Source of the DNA: Chiloscyllium plagiosum
Lineage: Eukaryota
Assembly: GCF_004010195.1 (NCBI RefSeq)
Contig: NC_057735.1
Location: 7,499,237-7,556,006, forward strand
Direction: 5' to 3'
Length of the DNA stretch: 56,770 nucleotides
How positions within the stretch are numbered: the stretch's first letter is position 1; each line of letters starts with the position of its first letter. Both the position numbers and the translations under genes were made by a program. Below the pieces are notes generated by a model, which made no database searches, was not told where the DNA came from, and saw only the letters and a program-made list of their open reading frames with translations. Below are positions 23,895-36,484 of the stretch, piece by piece.

Positions 23895-23942
23895 ACACTC
23901 AATGAAGCAGATGGCCATAACGACACCAAAGTGGGAAAATGA
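23895..23942 (+). CDS. Gene 1 candidate terminal exon B (phase 0: TLNEADGHNDTKVGK*), or a 3' UTR exon
   Basis: Strong acceptor gttttcttttccag in apparently non-repetitive sequence; short phase-0 frame to TGA. Confidence 0.45.
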   Translation, partial: TLNEADGHNDTKVGK

Positions 23943-24182
23943 AGATCCCCGGGCTACGTATATGTGAATGGGATTTTTGGTCTAAATCATATCATGCCCC
24001 TTGACTGATTTCAGAGAACAAAATGGACTTTGTCATCAAATCAACTTGACCACCAAACTGGGGAAGGACGAAACAAAAACAAAAGCCTTTTCATTGAAGT
24101 TGTTGTGTCTCTAACTGCACCTTAGTGTTAACTTACTGTTCTTGCGCTTCCTGGTTGCACAACTGGAATGGTTTGAAACTGA

Positions 24183-24390
24183 CACAGAAATTGCTTGTGA
24201 AACTTAGCAAGTCTGGCTGCAGGAAGAAAGCACAGTGAACATTTTGATCCAGTGACTCTTCGGCAGAAGTCTTCTGGACATGAAACATTAAATCTACTCT
24301 CCTCCCACAGACACCACCAGACGTGCTGAGTTTCCAGCAATTTCTGTTTCTATTTCAGATTACCAGCCTTTCAAGTCTTTTTGTTTTACT
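24183..24390. mobile_element. Old fold-back Penelope-derived element
   Basis: acagaaattgct...agcaatttctgt inverted arms, degenerate. Confidence 0.55.
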
Positions 24391-25932
24391 TTCGAATTGC
24401 TTGATATTTTTATCGTGAATTATGCCAATTGCTAAGTTTGTAAATATCATGAACACATAAAGATTGTTCCGTGATAAATACTCATTCACTGGAAGCTAAT
24501 GATTCAAATAATATTTCTCACTTTTACTGAGTTGGAATGATATACTATCATAACAGGATTGTCAGCTGGTCTTGTAGTGTAATGCAGATACAGGAAGCTA
24601 CATATTGTCACAACTCACTGGGATAATGCACAGGAAATCAATCACCACTATTCCTGAACACATCACAAATGTGAAAATTTAATTAAACACTCAAATTGCA
24701 CAATTTTACCTCACTATCCAATTTGGGTTAAAAGAATACACACATCACATTTATTTCATTAACAAAACAAAAGGGCGAGCAAATTAGATATCACTCCATA
24801 GAAGACATATTTATCACACATGAGTAATGTGATATATTAATTTTCATGCTAACGCAATGCCTGATATGTCAGTAAAACATTCCAAGGACTGGTGATGATT
24901 TCAAATAGCATATCCTTTCTGCTGTTAGCAAAACGACCAGGAGCTGAATGTACCCCATAATCCCAGTCTTGAGAAATCTGCAACATTAAATGGGATTCTG
25001 CAATTGGACAACATTTGCTGGGTACAGTAATCTGAAGCATAAACAGAAACTGCTGGAGAAACTCAGCAGGTCTGGCAGCATTTGTCAATGTTCCGGATCC
25101 AGTGACACTTCTTCAGATCTGCTAGTAACTACAAAAGGTGGTATGCATGCTGAAGACAGGGTGTGAATGAAGGTGAAAGTGTAAGTAAGTAGGTAGAGAG
25201 ACAAAGACAGTTAGGCAGACAAAGGGATAAATAACAGTAAGCCTGGGAGGATGAAAAGCTGATAATGGGGACCATAAGTAGATGAAAATGGGTTGGCAGT
25301 GCTGAAAGGAGCCCATATCATGACAGGGCCAGGAGTGTGGGGGATGGAGAAATAATACCGAGGAAGATGTTTGGGTTTTAAAATTATTAAACTCGATATT
25401 GTTTCTGAGGCTGCAAGGGCCCGGAATGGAAACTTTGATGAGATGATGAGATTTCCCGGTCAGCCCCACGGCTTCTGCTTGTTTCTACCCCAAAGAAACT
25501 ATCTCTTTCTACTTTGATTTGATTTTTTTTTCTCCCCTTATCCAGTTCCTTCTCACTTCCAGCTGTGATTCTTGTAATACTCTACATTAGTTTCAGAATT
25601 TCCACTTTGTGGGCACCAGGCTCCTCCTCTTCACCATAGACATGCACTTCCTTCACACGTCCATCCCCAATATTTGGCTCGCCACCTCCTACTGGAATGA
25701 AGGCCTGACCCATTCCCATCCGCCATCACTCTCCTTCGCCTGGCCAAGTTTGTCATCAGTGTGAACAACTTCACCTTTAAGTGTCAATTTCTTCAGTTAA
25801 AGGTGTGGCCATGGATACCCACATGGGTCCCAGTTCAGCCTGTCTCTTTGTGGAGTATGTGGAACATTTCTTGCTCCAATCCAACTCAGGCCCACTCCCT
25901 ACATCTCTTTATCCGATACATTAGTGACATAA

Positions 25933-26790
25933 AGTCATAGAGTCATAGAGATGTACAGCATGGAAACAGACCCTTCGGTCCAACCTGTCCATGCCGAACA
26001 GATATCCCAACCCAGTCTAGTCCTGCCTGCCAGCACCCGGCCCATATCCCTCCAAACCCTTCTTATTCATATACCCATCCAAATGCCTCTTAAATGTTGC
26101 AATTATACCAGCCTCCACCACATCCTCTGGCAGCTCATTCCATACACGTACCACCCTCTGCGTGAAAGAGTTGCCCCTTACGTCTCTTTTATATCTTTCC
26201 CCTCCCACCCTAAACATATGCCCTCTAGGTCTGGACTCCCCGACCCCAGGGAAAAGACTTTGTCAATTTATCCTATCCATGCCCCTCATGATTTTGTAAA
26301 CCTCTATAAGGTCACTCCTCAGCCTCCGACACTCCAGGGAAAACAGCCCCAGCCTGTTCAGCCTCTCCCTGTAGCTCAAATCCTCCAACCCTGGCAACAT
26401 CCTTGTAAATCTTTTCTGAACCCTTTCAAGTTTCACAACATCTTTCTGATAGGAAGGAGACCAGAATTGCACGCAACATTCCAACAGTGGCCTAACTAAT
26501 GTCATGTACAGCCACAACATGAGCTCCCAACTCCTGTACTCAAAACTCTGACCAATAAAAGAAAGCACACCAAATGCCTTCTTCACTATCCTATCTACCT
26601 GCGACTCCAAGGTCTCTTTGTTCAGCAACACTCCCTAGGACCCTACCATTAAGTGTATAAGTCCTGCTAAGATTTGCTTTCCCAAATAGCAGCACCTCGC
26701 ATTTATCTGAATTAAACTCCATCTGCTACTTCTCAGCCCATTGGCCCACCTGGTCCAGATCCTGTTGTAATCTGAGGTAACCCTCTTCGC
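25933..26790 (-). mobile_element. Young CR1 LINE 3' fragment
   Basis: LLECCVQFWSPSYQKDVVKLERVQKRFTRMLPGL; (ctatgact)n tail; TGACAT direct repeats on the flanks. Confidence 0.93.
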
Positions 26791-26941
26791 TGACATCATT
26801 GGTGCTGCTTCTGTCTCTGGTCCAGAGTTGGAAAAATTTATCAATTTCACTTCCATTTTCCAGCCTGCTCTCTCTTTCACTTGGTCTACCTATCTTTCTC
26901 AGTGTTTACCTTCCCCCATACCCCTGGCCTTGTCATAACAT

Positions 26942-27162
26942 GAACTGAAAATGTGTTGCTAGAAAAGCGCAGCAGGTCAGGCAGCATCCAAGGAGCAGGA
27001 GAATCGATGTTTTCGGCATGAGCCCTTCTTCAGGAATTCCTGAAGAAGGGCTCATGCCCGAAAAATCAATTCTCCTGCTCCTTGGATGCTGCCTGACCTG
27101 CTGCGCTTTTCCAGCAACACATTTTCAGCTCTGATCTCCAGCATCTGCAGTCCTCACTTTCT
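26942..27162. mobile_element. Fold-back Penelope-derived mini-element
   Basis: About 92-bp arms centred on CAGGAATTCCTG; 14-bp TSD CCTTGTCATAACAT (26928-26941, 27163-27176). Confidence 0.87.
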
Positions 27163-27435
27163 CCTTGTCATAACATAAGCTGATTTCAGCACAGCCAGCC
27201 CATTTTCATTGATTTATGGTCCTGATTATCAGCTTTTCTTATTCCTGGGCTTACCATTAGTCCTTTGTCTACCTGACTGTTTTGGTTTCTTTCTGGGCTC
27301 CATCTCTTCACTTAATCCATCCCTCCCCCATCCAGGTCTATGGCACATATACCACCATTTCCGAGCTACTAATAGTTCTGAAGAAGGTTACTCAACCTGA
27401 AACATTAATTCTACTTCCTGTCCATAGCCGCTGAA

Positions 27436-30170
27436 CTATAGAACATAGAACGTAGAAAAGTACAGCACAGAATAGGCTCTTTGGCCCACGATATTGTGCC
27501 ATAAAATATAGTAACTTAACCTACACACCCCTCAACTCACCGCTATCTATGTGCATGTCCAGCAGTCACTTAAATATTCCCAATGACTCTGCTTCCACCA
27601 CCACAGCTGGCAATGCATTCCATGCATTCACTATTCTCTGCATAAAGAACCTACCTCTGATGTCTCCTTTATACCTTCCTCCTAATACCTTCAAACTATT
27701 ACTCCTTGTCAATCATGCCCTGGGGAATAGTCTCTGGCTATTGACTCTATCTATTCCACTCATTATTTTGTGCACCTCGATCAGGTCTCCTCTCTTCCTC
27801 CTTCTCTCCAGAGAGAAAAGTCCAAGCTTATTCAACCTTTCTTCATAAGGCAAGCCCTCCAGTCCAGTCAGCATCCTGGTAAACCTTCTTTGCACCCTCT
27901 CCAAAGCCTCTGTAACTTTCCGATAGTAGGGCGACCAGAACTGGACACAATATTCCAAGTGTGGTCTCACCAGGGACTTATAGAACTGCAGCAAAACCTC
28001 GCAGCTCTTAAACTCGATACCCCTGTTAATGAAAGACAAAACACCATATGCTTTCTTAACAACCCCATCCACTTGGGTGGTAACTTTGAGGGATTTATGT
28101 ACTTGTACACCCAGATCCCTCTGTTCTTCCACCACTGCCAAGAATCCTGTCTTTAATCCTATATTCAGCATTGAAGTTCAACCTTCCAAAATGCATCACT
28201 TCGCATTTATCCAGGTTGAACTCCATCTGCCATTTCTCAGTCCAGCTCTGCTTCCAGTCTATGTCGCGCTGCAGCCTGCAGTAGCCCTCTATACTATCAA
28301 TGACACCTCCAAACTTTGTGTCGTCTGCAAATTTACTAACCCACCTCTCAACCTCCTCATCAAGTCATTTATAAAAATTACAAAGAGCAGAGGCCCAAGA
28401 ACAGAGCCCTGCAGGACCCCACTCAACACTGACCTCCAGGCAGAATATTTTCCATCTACAACCACTCGCTGCCTTCTGTCAGCCAGCCAATTCTGAATCC
28501 AGTTAGCCAAATCTCCCTGTATCCCATACTTCCTGACTTTATGAATTAGCCTACCATGGGGAACCTTATGAAATGCCTTGCTGAAGTCCATATACACTAC
28601 ACCACTGCTTGACCGTCGTCAACCTGTCTTGACACTTCCTCAAAAAACTCAATAAGATTTGTGAGGCATGACCTGTCCCTCACAAAGCCATGCTGACTGC
28701 CTTTAATCACACTATGCTTTGCCAAATAGTCATAAATTCTGTCCCTCAGAATTCTTTCCAAAACTTTGCTGAGCACAGATGTAAGACTGACTGGTCTGTT
28801 ATTGCCAGGGATTTCCCTATTCCCCTTCTTGAAAAGAGGAACAATATTTGGAGAGTGAGGAGGCAAATATCCTCGCCAGCGGCTTACCAGCCTCCTTTCT
28901 CGCTTCTCGGAGCAGCCTAGGATAAATCTGGTCTGGCCCTGGAGACTTATCAATCTTTAATATTTTCTAAAATTTCCAGCACATCAACTTCATCAATCTT
29001 GATCTGGTCAAGACTGTATCCCAGCTCCTCAAAGTTTTCATTTACAACAAGGTCCCTTTCGTTGGTGAAAACTGAAGCAAAAAACTCATTTAGGGTTTCC
29101 CCTATCTGCTCAGACTCCACACACAAGTTCCCTCCGCTATCCATGATTGGCCCCACCTTCTCCCTGATCATTCTCTTATTCCTCACGTATGAGTAAAATG
29201 CCTTTGGGTTCTCCCTAATCCTCTTGCCAAGCCTTTTTCGTGCCCCCTCCTGGCTCTCCTCAGTCCATTTCTGAGCTCCTTTCTAGCAAGCCTGTAATCC
29301 ACTAAAGCTGTGCTAGATCCTTGCTTCCTCCACCTTACGTAAGCTGCCTTCTTCCTTTTGACGAGAAGTTCCTCTGTTCTCGTCATCCAAGGCTCCTTAA
29401 TCTTATCCCTTCTTACCTATATCAGAGGAACAAATTCATGCATCACTCGCAACAACTGCTTCTTAAATAGTCTCCACGTGTCTGCTGTGCCCTTTCTGTG
29501 CAACAATTGCTCTCAGTCTGTACTTCCCAACTCTCATCTGATAGCTTCATAATTTCCTTTTCCCCAATTAAATATCTTCCCTCGGTAACTGCACCTTTCA
29601 CTCTCCAAGGCTATGCTAAATGTAAGGCAGTTGTGATCACTTTCACCAAAGTGCTCTCCTACTGTGAGATCTGACATCTGTCCTGGCTCGTTGCCGAGCA
29701 TGAAATCCAAAATAGCCTCTCCCCTGGTTGGTCTGTCTACAGACTGAGGAAGGAAACCCTCCTGAACACACCTTAAAAAAAGGCTCCATCCAAACCATCA
29801 GCACTTAGGAGGTTCCAGTCAATATTGGGAAAGTTGAAATCCCCCAAATACAACAACCCTGCTACTTCTGCATTTTTCAGAATCTGCCCATCTATGATTC
29901 TTCAATCTCTCTACTGCTATTAGGCGGTCTGTAGAAAACCCCTTGCTGTTCCTAACTTCCACCCATACTGACTCAGTAGACCTTCCTCAACACCCATGGT
30001 TTTTGTAGCTGTGAAGCACTCTCTGATTAGCAATGCTACACCCCCTCCTCATTTTCCACCCTCCCTGTTCTTTTTAAATGTTCTAAATCCTGGAACATCA
30101 AGCAACCATCCCTGCCCCTGTGGAACCCATGCCTCCGTTTTGGCTACAACATCGTAACCCCAAGTACTGA
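27436..30170 (-). mobile_element. CR1 LINE ORF2, nearly full length but frameshifted
   Basis: Consecutive minus ORFs with RPVSLTSV, SQHGFV..RSCLTNLIEFFEEV, YMDFSKAF, QGSVLGPLLFVIFINDL, LEYCVQFWSP. Confidence 0.94.
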
Positions 30171-31924
30171 TCCACTGCTGAGTTTCTTCAGCATTTTTTG
30201 TTTTGTTTCAGATTTCCAGCATCTCATGGATCAGTGCTATTAGGTTTTATGTCCAAAATTCAGACATGGATTTCCAAAATGTCTAACAATTAAACATTAC
30301 AAAGCCTGAAGCCATTATCTTTCTCCTCAACTGTTACCTATGCACTGACCTTTACCCTAACCATAGGAACAAAGGAACCACAGCAGGCCATTCAGCCTCT
30401 TGAGCCTGTTCCACCATTCAATGAGATCATGGATGATATATGGCTTAATCAGCCTTTGGCCAATATCCCTTAATATTTTTGCTCAACAAAAATGTATCTA
30501 AATCAGATTTAAATTACCAACTGTTGTAATATCTACTGCCACTTGCGAAAGAGAGTTTCAAACATCTAATATCCTTTGTGTGTAGAAGTGCTTTCTAATG
30601 TCTCCTCTGAATAGTTTGGCCCTCATTCTTATTCTGTGTCTACTCATTCTAGAACCCCGAACCAATGGAAACAATTTTACATTATCTACTCTTTAACTCG
30701 ATATCTCTTGCCTAACCCCACTTACTGCCACTAAATTTCTCACCTAACTGTTCTGATGGTCCCCCCCTGGGGCCTCCCATCATCTGCCTTATATCAATTT
30801 AAATCTCTCCAAAATGTCTGCAATCTGAATCCTGACTTGAACAAAATTAACTCATCAGCCCTGCACTCTACCAGTCCTCAGTACCTCAGTTTATAAAATT
30901 TTAATTCTAGTGTTCAAATCCCTTCTTGGCTTCACTCATTCTTTTCTTTATAAACCCCTCTGTGAAATCACTGTTCCACTTTGTCATTTCCACATCCTAT
31001 TGCCTCAGGATTAGCAGCAAAATGTCTTAATTTGTCTAATTGCTCAACTCTAGTATTCTTCCCCTGAACCAGTCACACTTCTTTTGACACACATGTATCA
31101 TTACTTTAATTTGATAACAATATTTGTCTGATCATTTGTGAAAAATTTTGCAAAGTTTTGCAATGTCGAAAGTGCAATACAAATATAAGTTATTGCTATC
31201 ATTGATCTTTCCAATAATGGATCCCAAGAAAGATAAATGAAGAAGATGTTTCTCAAGCCATTGCTGTTGTTAATGAGAGTTTTATCGTTGTAGTTTTATT
31301 AAGCAAAATTTTTCTCCATGTGTAACAGATTGACTTTGGAAATTTTTCTCTATTTTTTCATGGTTAAAAGTATTTTTCCATGTGGAGTGTTTCCAGTGAA
31401 AGCTCTATCCTAAATAAAGTCAAATTTAATTTTAGTTCAATTCCATTAACTCCTCAAATGCTTTGATGGTTGGTGATGATTGCAGAGAAAGGGCTTTGAA
31501 AATAATCTGAAAGGATTGAGATTCACAGGGTTCTGTTTTGAAAGGATTCACAAGAGAAGCAATGGTGACATGAGGAAATGTTTTTTACATTTTGAGTAGT
31601 TAGGATCTAGAATGCCCTAGCCCCAGAGTTAACATTTTAAGTCCAGTGACCCTTCTTTCAACAAGAACACAAATTCAGAGAAAAAAACTAACGTTTATAG
31701 TGCATGGGAGGAGACATTGCTGAATGGTTAGCAAGTGGACTCTGATAAATAGATGCAATGCCATGGGAAACACAGATAATAATGCTGATCGACAATTAAC
31801 AGCAAGACTTTATTATTCTTTAAGCTAATAAGGTTGACTCTGATTGGCCAGAGAATAGCTTTGAGAACGAAACCAGTCAATGGTTGTCAGACATTTTGTT
31901 GATTTGAAACAGATGTAATGTGTC

Positions 31925-32660
31925 ACCATAAGACCAGAAGATCTAGGAGCAGAATTCATTTGGTCCATTGAGTCTCCTTTCTCATTCAATCATAGTTGAT
32001 ATGTTTCTCAAACCTATTCTCCTGTGGTCTCCCTGTAACCTTTGGTTCCCTTACTAATCAAGAAACAATCTGTCGCTGTCTTAAATACACGCAATGGCTT
32101 GGCCCCCCACAGCAATCTGCAGCAATGACCTTTACACATGAACCTCCCTCTGGCTGAAGAAATTCCACTTCACCTCAGTTCTGAACAGTCATCCTTTCAC
32201 TTTGAGGCTGTGTCCTTGGGTTGTAATCTCTCCTACTAGTGTAAATATCATCTCCAAATCCACCCCAGACTTCTGAGTATTTTGTAAGTTACAATGAGAT
32301 TTCCCCCTTGTCCTTCCAAACTCCATCGAGTACAGAACCAGAATCCTCATTAGCTCCTCATATGACAAGCCCTTCATTCCCAGGATCATTCCTGTAAACC
32401 TCCTCTGGACCCTCTCTGGCACCGGTACATACGTCCTTGGATACGGGCCGAAAACTGCTCATAATATTCCAGTGTGGTCTGATCAGAGCCTTACACAGCC
32501 TCAAAGTACATCTCTGCTTTTGTATTCTCACCCTCCTGTACTCAATGCTACCATTGCATTTGCCTTCCTAACTGCCAACTGAACCTGCATGTTAACTTTA
32601 ACAAAGTACTAAACTAGCATTTTCAAGTCCCTATGTGCTTCAGATTTCTGAAGCTTTTCT
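31925..32660 (-). mobile_element. Older CR1 LINE 3' fragment
   Basis: ERVQRRFTGMILGMKGLSYEE...GHSLKVKG. Confidence 0.8.
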
Positions 32661-32917
32661 CTCAAAGAAGCCTCCTGAAGGGCATTTTTTTAAAGGCCTT
32701 CTGTTTACAAAGAATGGGTGTGTTTAGCTTCTAAAAGCTTGAAATTGTGCCACACTGTGAGTCCGACTGACAATCCTAAATTGGTTGTCCAGGTAGCTCA
32801 GACTTGGCTGTACTCACACAAGGAACATACAGGGTTGTTGCACAGGTATAATTGAGAAGGGAAATAACATGTTTTCTTTAGACAAGGGAAAACTGAGAGG
32901 GGTTCTGATTGTGAGGT

Positions 32918-33000
32918 ACTGAAGAAGGTTTGCACCCGAAACATTGACTTCTCCACCTCTTGATGGTGCCTGGCTTGCTGTGTTCTTCCAGCCTCCTGCC
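32918..33000 (+). mobile_element. Penelope-like terminal fragment with a degenerate hammerhead motif
   Basis: CTGAAGAAGGTTTGCACCCGAAACATTG followed by the ...gcttgctgtgttcttccagc tail. Confidence 0.55.
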
Positions 33001-33139
33001 TGATTATGAGGGTCATGGATAGGGAGTGTATGAAACACCTGTTCCCCTTAGGTAAAGGGCAATAACAAGAGGGCATAAATTTAAGGTGAGGGCAGGAGGT
33101 TTAGAAGGGAGTTGAAGAAATCTCTTTTCATTTTTTGGG

Positions 33140-33450
33140 GGGCCAATGATAGCCTAGTGGCATTATCACAAGGCTGTTAATCCAGACACCCAGGTAATAT
33201 TCTGGGGATCTGGATTTGAACTCTGCCCTGGGTACTGATGGCTGTGAAACCATTGCCGATTGTTGGAAAAACCCACCTGGTTCACTAGTGTTCTTCAAAG
33301 AAGGAAATTGCCATCCTTAACAGATCTGGCCTATGTTGACTCCAGACCTACAGCAATGTGAGGGTTGACTTTTAACTGCCCTCTGGGAAATTAAGCAATG
33401 GGCATGAAATACTGACACAATCAGCAATGCTTTCTTTCTCTGGATGAATG
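33140..33450 (+). mobile_element. Shark SINE-like repeat (related copies about 44580-44860 +, 52330-52605 -, 52760-53035 -)
   Basis: Shared aaaacccatctggttcactaatg..ggaaggaaa..tgcc..ctccagacc core. Confidence 0.55.
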
Positions 33451-33554
33451 AAACAACTTACAGGATGGTGGGAATATGGAATGCACTACTTGGGTGGGTA
33501 AAGGAGCTGGGAAAGTTCACAGCCTTTAAAAAGTACTCGGATCAGAACTTGAAA

Positions 33555-34335
33555 TGATTTGATTTATTGTAGTCACATGATCCTACGGAACAGTGAAAAG
33601 CTTTGTTTTGCGAGTAGTACAGACAGTTCCGAGCAATCAAGGACATACGGGTCACAGAGTGCTTAGACAGAGTGAGAAGTACAGGTTACACTGCACAGAA
33701 GGTGCGCAAAGCAAGATCAACATTGTTTGAAGTTAGAGAGGTCCATTCATTAGTCTAATTACAGCTGGGAAGAAGCAGTTTTTGAACCTCCTGGTGTGTG
33801 TGTTTGAGCTTCTTTATCTTCTGCCTGATGGAAGAGGTTGTAGGGGAGCATTACCGGGGTGCGATGGGTCTTTAATGATGTTGGCAGCCTTCTCACAGAA
33901 AAGAGCCATGTAAATGGACCCCATGGATGGGAGGTCAGCTTCTGTAATGGTCCAGGCTGGGCCCATAACTTTCTGTAGCTTCTTACAGTCCTGGGCAGAG
34001 CAGTTGCCATACCAGGCTATTATGCATCCAGATACAGTGCTTTTCATTCTCCATTGGTAAAAGTTGGTGACGGTTCTTATGGATATGCCAAACTTCCTAA
34101 GCTGCCTGAGGAAGAAAAGATGTTGTTATACCTTCGTAACCTTGCCATCTACATGGAGAAGTCTGTTAACGTCACTCTGAGGAAACTGACGCTCTCCACC
34201 CTCTCTGCCTCAGCTCTGTTGATATAGATAAGGGCATATCCTCCTCCTGTCTTCCTGAAGTCAATGATCAATTATTTTGTTTTGTGAACATTGAGAAAGT
34301 GGGTGTTATCATTGCATCACTACACCAAGTGCTCT
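33555..34335 (-). mobile_element. Rex1/Babar-type LINE 3' fragment
   Basis: STVSGCIIAWYGNCSAQDCKKLQKV...KAANIIKDPSHPG...LPSGRR is characteristic of the Rex1/Babar C-terminus. Confidence 0.85.
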
Positions 34336-34869
34336 ATCTTGGGGCACATCGTCACTCAGAGGTTAGCACTGCTGCCTCAGGGATAATTTAGAATCTAAAT
34401 TAATATTTCCAGCAAAGAGACTGAAGTGAATATCTCTACGTTTACTGACATTATAAAGCAAGATGGAAAAGTTAGCTCTGAAGGTGACACAAAAGGGCTT
34501 TGAAAATCTCTAGTCAGTTTGATTGTGGATGCTTTTATCGTTGAATAAATTTCAGGATGAAATAAAAAGATTTTCAGCTATGAGAATCAAGGATATAGAA
34601 AAAGGGTGGAAAATGGTTTAAGGTTAATGATCAGCTAAGGTGATGTTGAATGGCAGGGCAAGTTCAAGTGACAGTAAAGCCTACTCCTGCCCCTCCTACT
34701 TCAGTACTTGTTTCATCATCTGCTTCACAATGGTTTCATCACTGGGCTTCCTGTTATCTTCTTCTTCTTTTAAATTATTTCCACAGTTATATCAGGCATT
34801 TACTTCAATATCAAAACTAAGAGCTTGGTGACTGAGGACAAGCAGTGATCAGGTCTTTGTGAATAAGAT

Positions 34870-34906
34870 ATGTGGAGTATTGTTCTTCTCATTTGTTCCC
34901 TGCCTG
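34870..34906 (+). CDS. Gene 2 exon: signal peptide (MWSIVLLICSLP)
   Basis: Same peptide as 436-472; donor G|GTGAGT. Confidence 0.88.
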
Positions 34907-36214
34907 GTGAGTCAGAGCTGAATAATTTGTATTTGTTTAAATCTGGTGTATGGGTTATAGGGTAGAGATGTTAAAGTACTTGGAGGCATGAAATGGTTTA
35001 AAAGAACCAGCAAAAATTAATGAACGATATTTTGGCAAAGTCTAGTAGCCTTTCAACTGCACAACTGGACCACAGAAATATTTATCACTATGCAGTAAAC
35101 CATATTAATTGTTGTAAATAGTAAATAATAAGAATCATACCATTGGTTGAAAATCTATCTGAGTAATAATCAAAACATAAAAGTGGCCTACTTAAGTTGT
35201 AATAAAATTATTTCTTGAATAGTCTAATGTCCAATATACAGAGAAGTCTGCAGTGGTAACAATCTCTCAAACGGAATATGTCTTGAGTTTGCAATTGTTC
35301 CTGTTATTTAAAGTACTGTTGATAAAATATTGTTATAACAGTCACAGTATTACTGGTACACTTTTTGCATATATTACTCCCAAACCATAACTGTTTTCTT
35401 TTTACACTTAAACATCAAACAACTCCAAATCCAAATTAACTTTAAAATGTTTTGCTACAATGAAATTGTAATGAATAGCACCGAGTTCTCCCCTATTAAT
35501 GGCAAGTATGTTTTCTAACCATAATGTTAAACTCACCCATTTCTCCATCATGAATCTGATCATTCTTTTGCTTTCAGCCTGTTGATAAAAATTAATGCCT
35601 CTAATTTACTATTTACAAACACATTTCATAACTTACCAAATGTACTTCCGCATTTTCAACTGAAACATGCTACAGTTTATCATTCTCCCTGTTTGCAATG
35701 CTTCCTCTTTCTGATCTGATTTCTCTTCCTTTCCCTTACCTTACTTTCCCTTCAGCATTTTAGTCCTTTCTGCAATTTTTCTGCTCTTCTCTCTGCTTCT
35801 CCACCCAATTTTTAATCCTCCATTTCGATGTAAACTATTTCCCCAATTGCAGATTCCTCCCCAGCAAGGTAACCTACATGTTCAGAGACCATTTCTACAT
35901 TCTCTACAGGCTGTTCATCCTCTGACAACTCCATTTTGCCAGGACTCTGAACCCTGTCCAACTGAAACATTTCTCCCTCAAGATAATTAGTTCCCTTGTC
36001 ATATTCTTACACTGGCTGCTCTAATGTACTGGGAATAACCCTGGGCTAAGTGCTAGTTGCATTGAGGCTTTTGAAGAGATTCTCGTCATGAAATTTCTTA
36101 TTGCTTTTTACCAAATCAGGACCAACTCACCAGTCAGCAAATATAGCAAACAGACTGCCATCACTTGTACCTGCACCATCTGAGTATGCCCATTATGGGC
36201 ATAGACAAATCAGG

Positions 36215-36308
36215 AGTTCTCATGAAGGGCTTATGCCCAAAATGTCGATTCTCCTGCTCCTCAGATGCTGCCAGGCTTGCTGTGCTTTTCCAGCACCATA
36301 TTCTCGAG
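36215..36308 (+). mobile_element. Penelope-like terminal fragment, specific to copy B
   Basis: atgaagggcttatgcccaaaatgtcgattctcctg...; absent near 1795-1810 in copy A. Confidence 0.75.
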
Positions 36309-36453
36309 CCTGAAGTTGCCAGTCTGGTCTGAGGTTGCTATTCAGGCCAGTACAGTCTCTGCTATCTGACCTTGTAGAAAAAAGGTCAATGAGCTTCTTC
36401 CCTTCTCCAGCACTAGTGGCACAATTTTCTCCCCAGTAACTCATACCCCTTAC

Positions 36454-36484
<31 letters not shown>

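Larger units (their letters stand above)
25040..27435 (+). mobile_element. Degraded Penelope-like element with an inverted terminal copy (25040-25440, -) and nested insertions
   Basis: RT motifs GVAMDTHMGPSSACLFVEYVE and RYISD|DIIG..ELEKFINF; 25150-25340 is the diverged reverse complement of 26900-27370; hammerhead-like CTGAAGAAGG...GAAAC near 27378. Confidence 0.75.
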
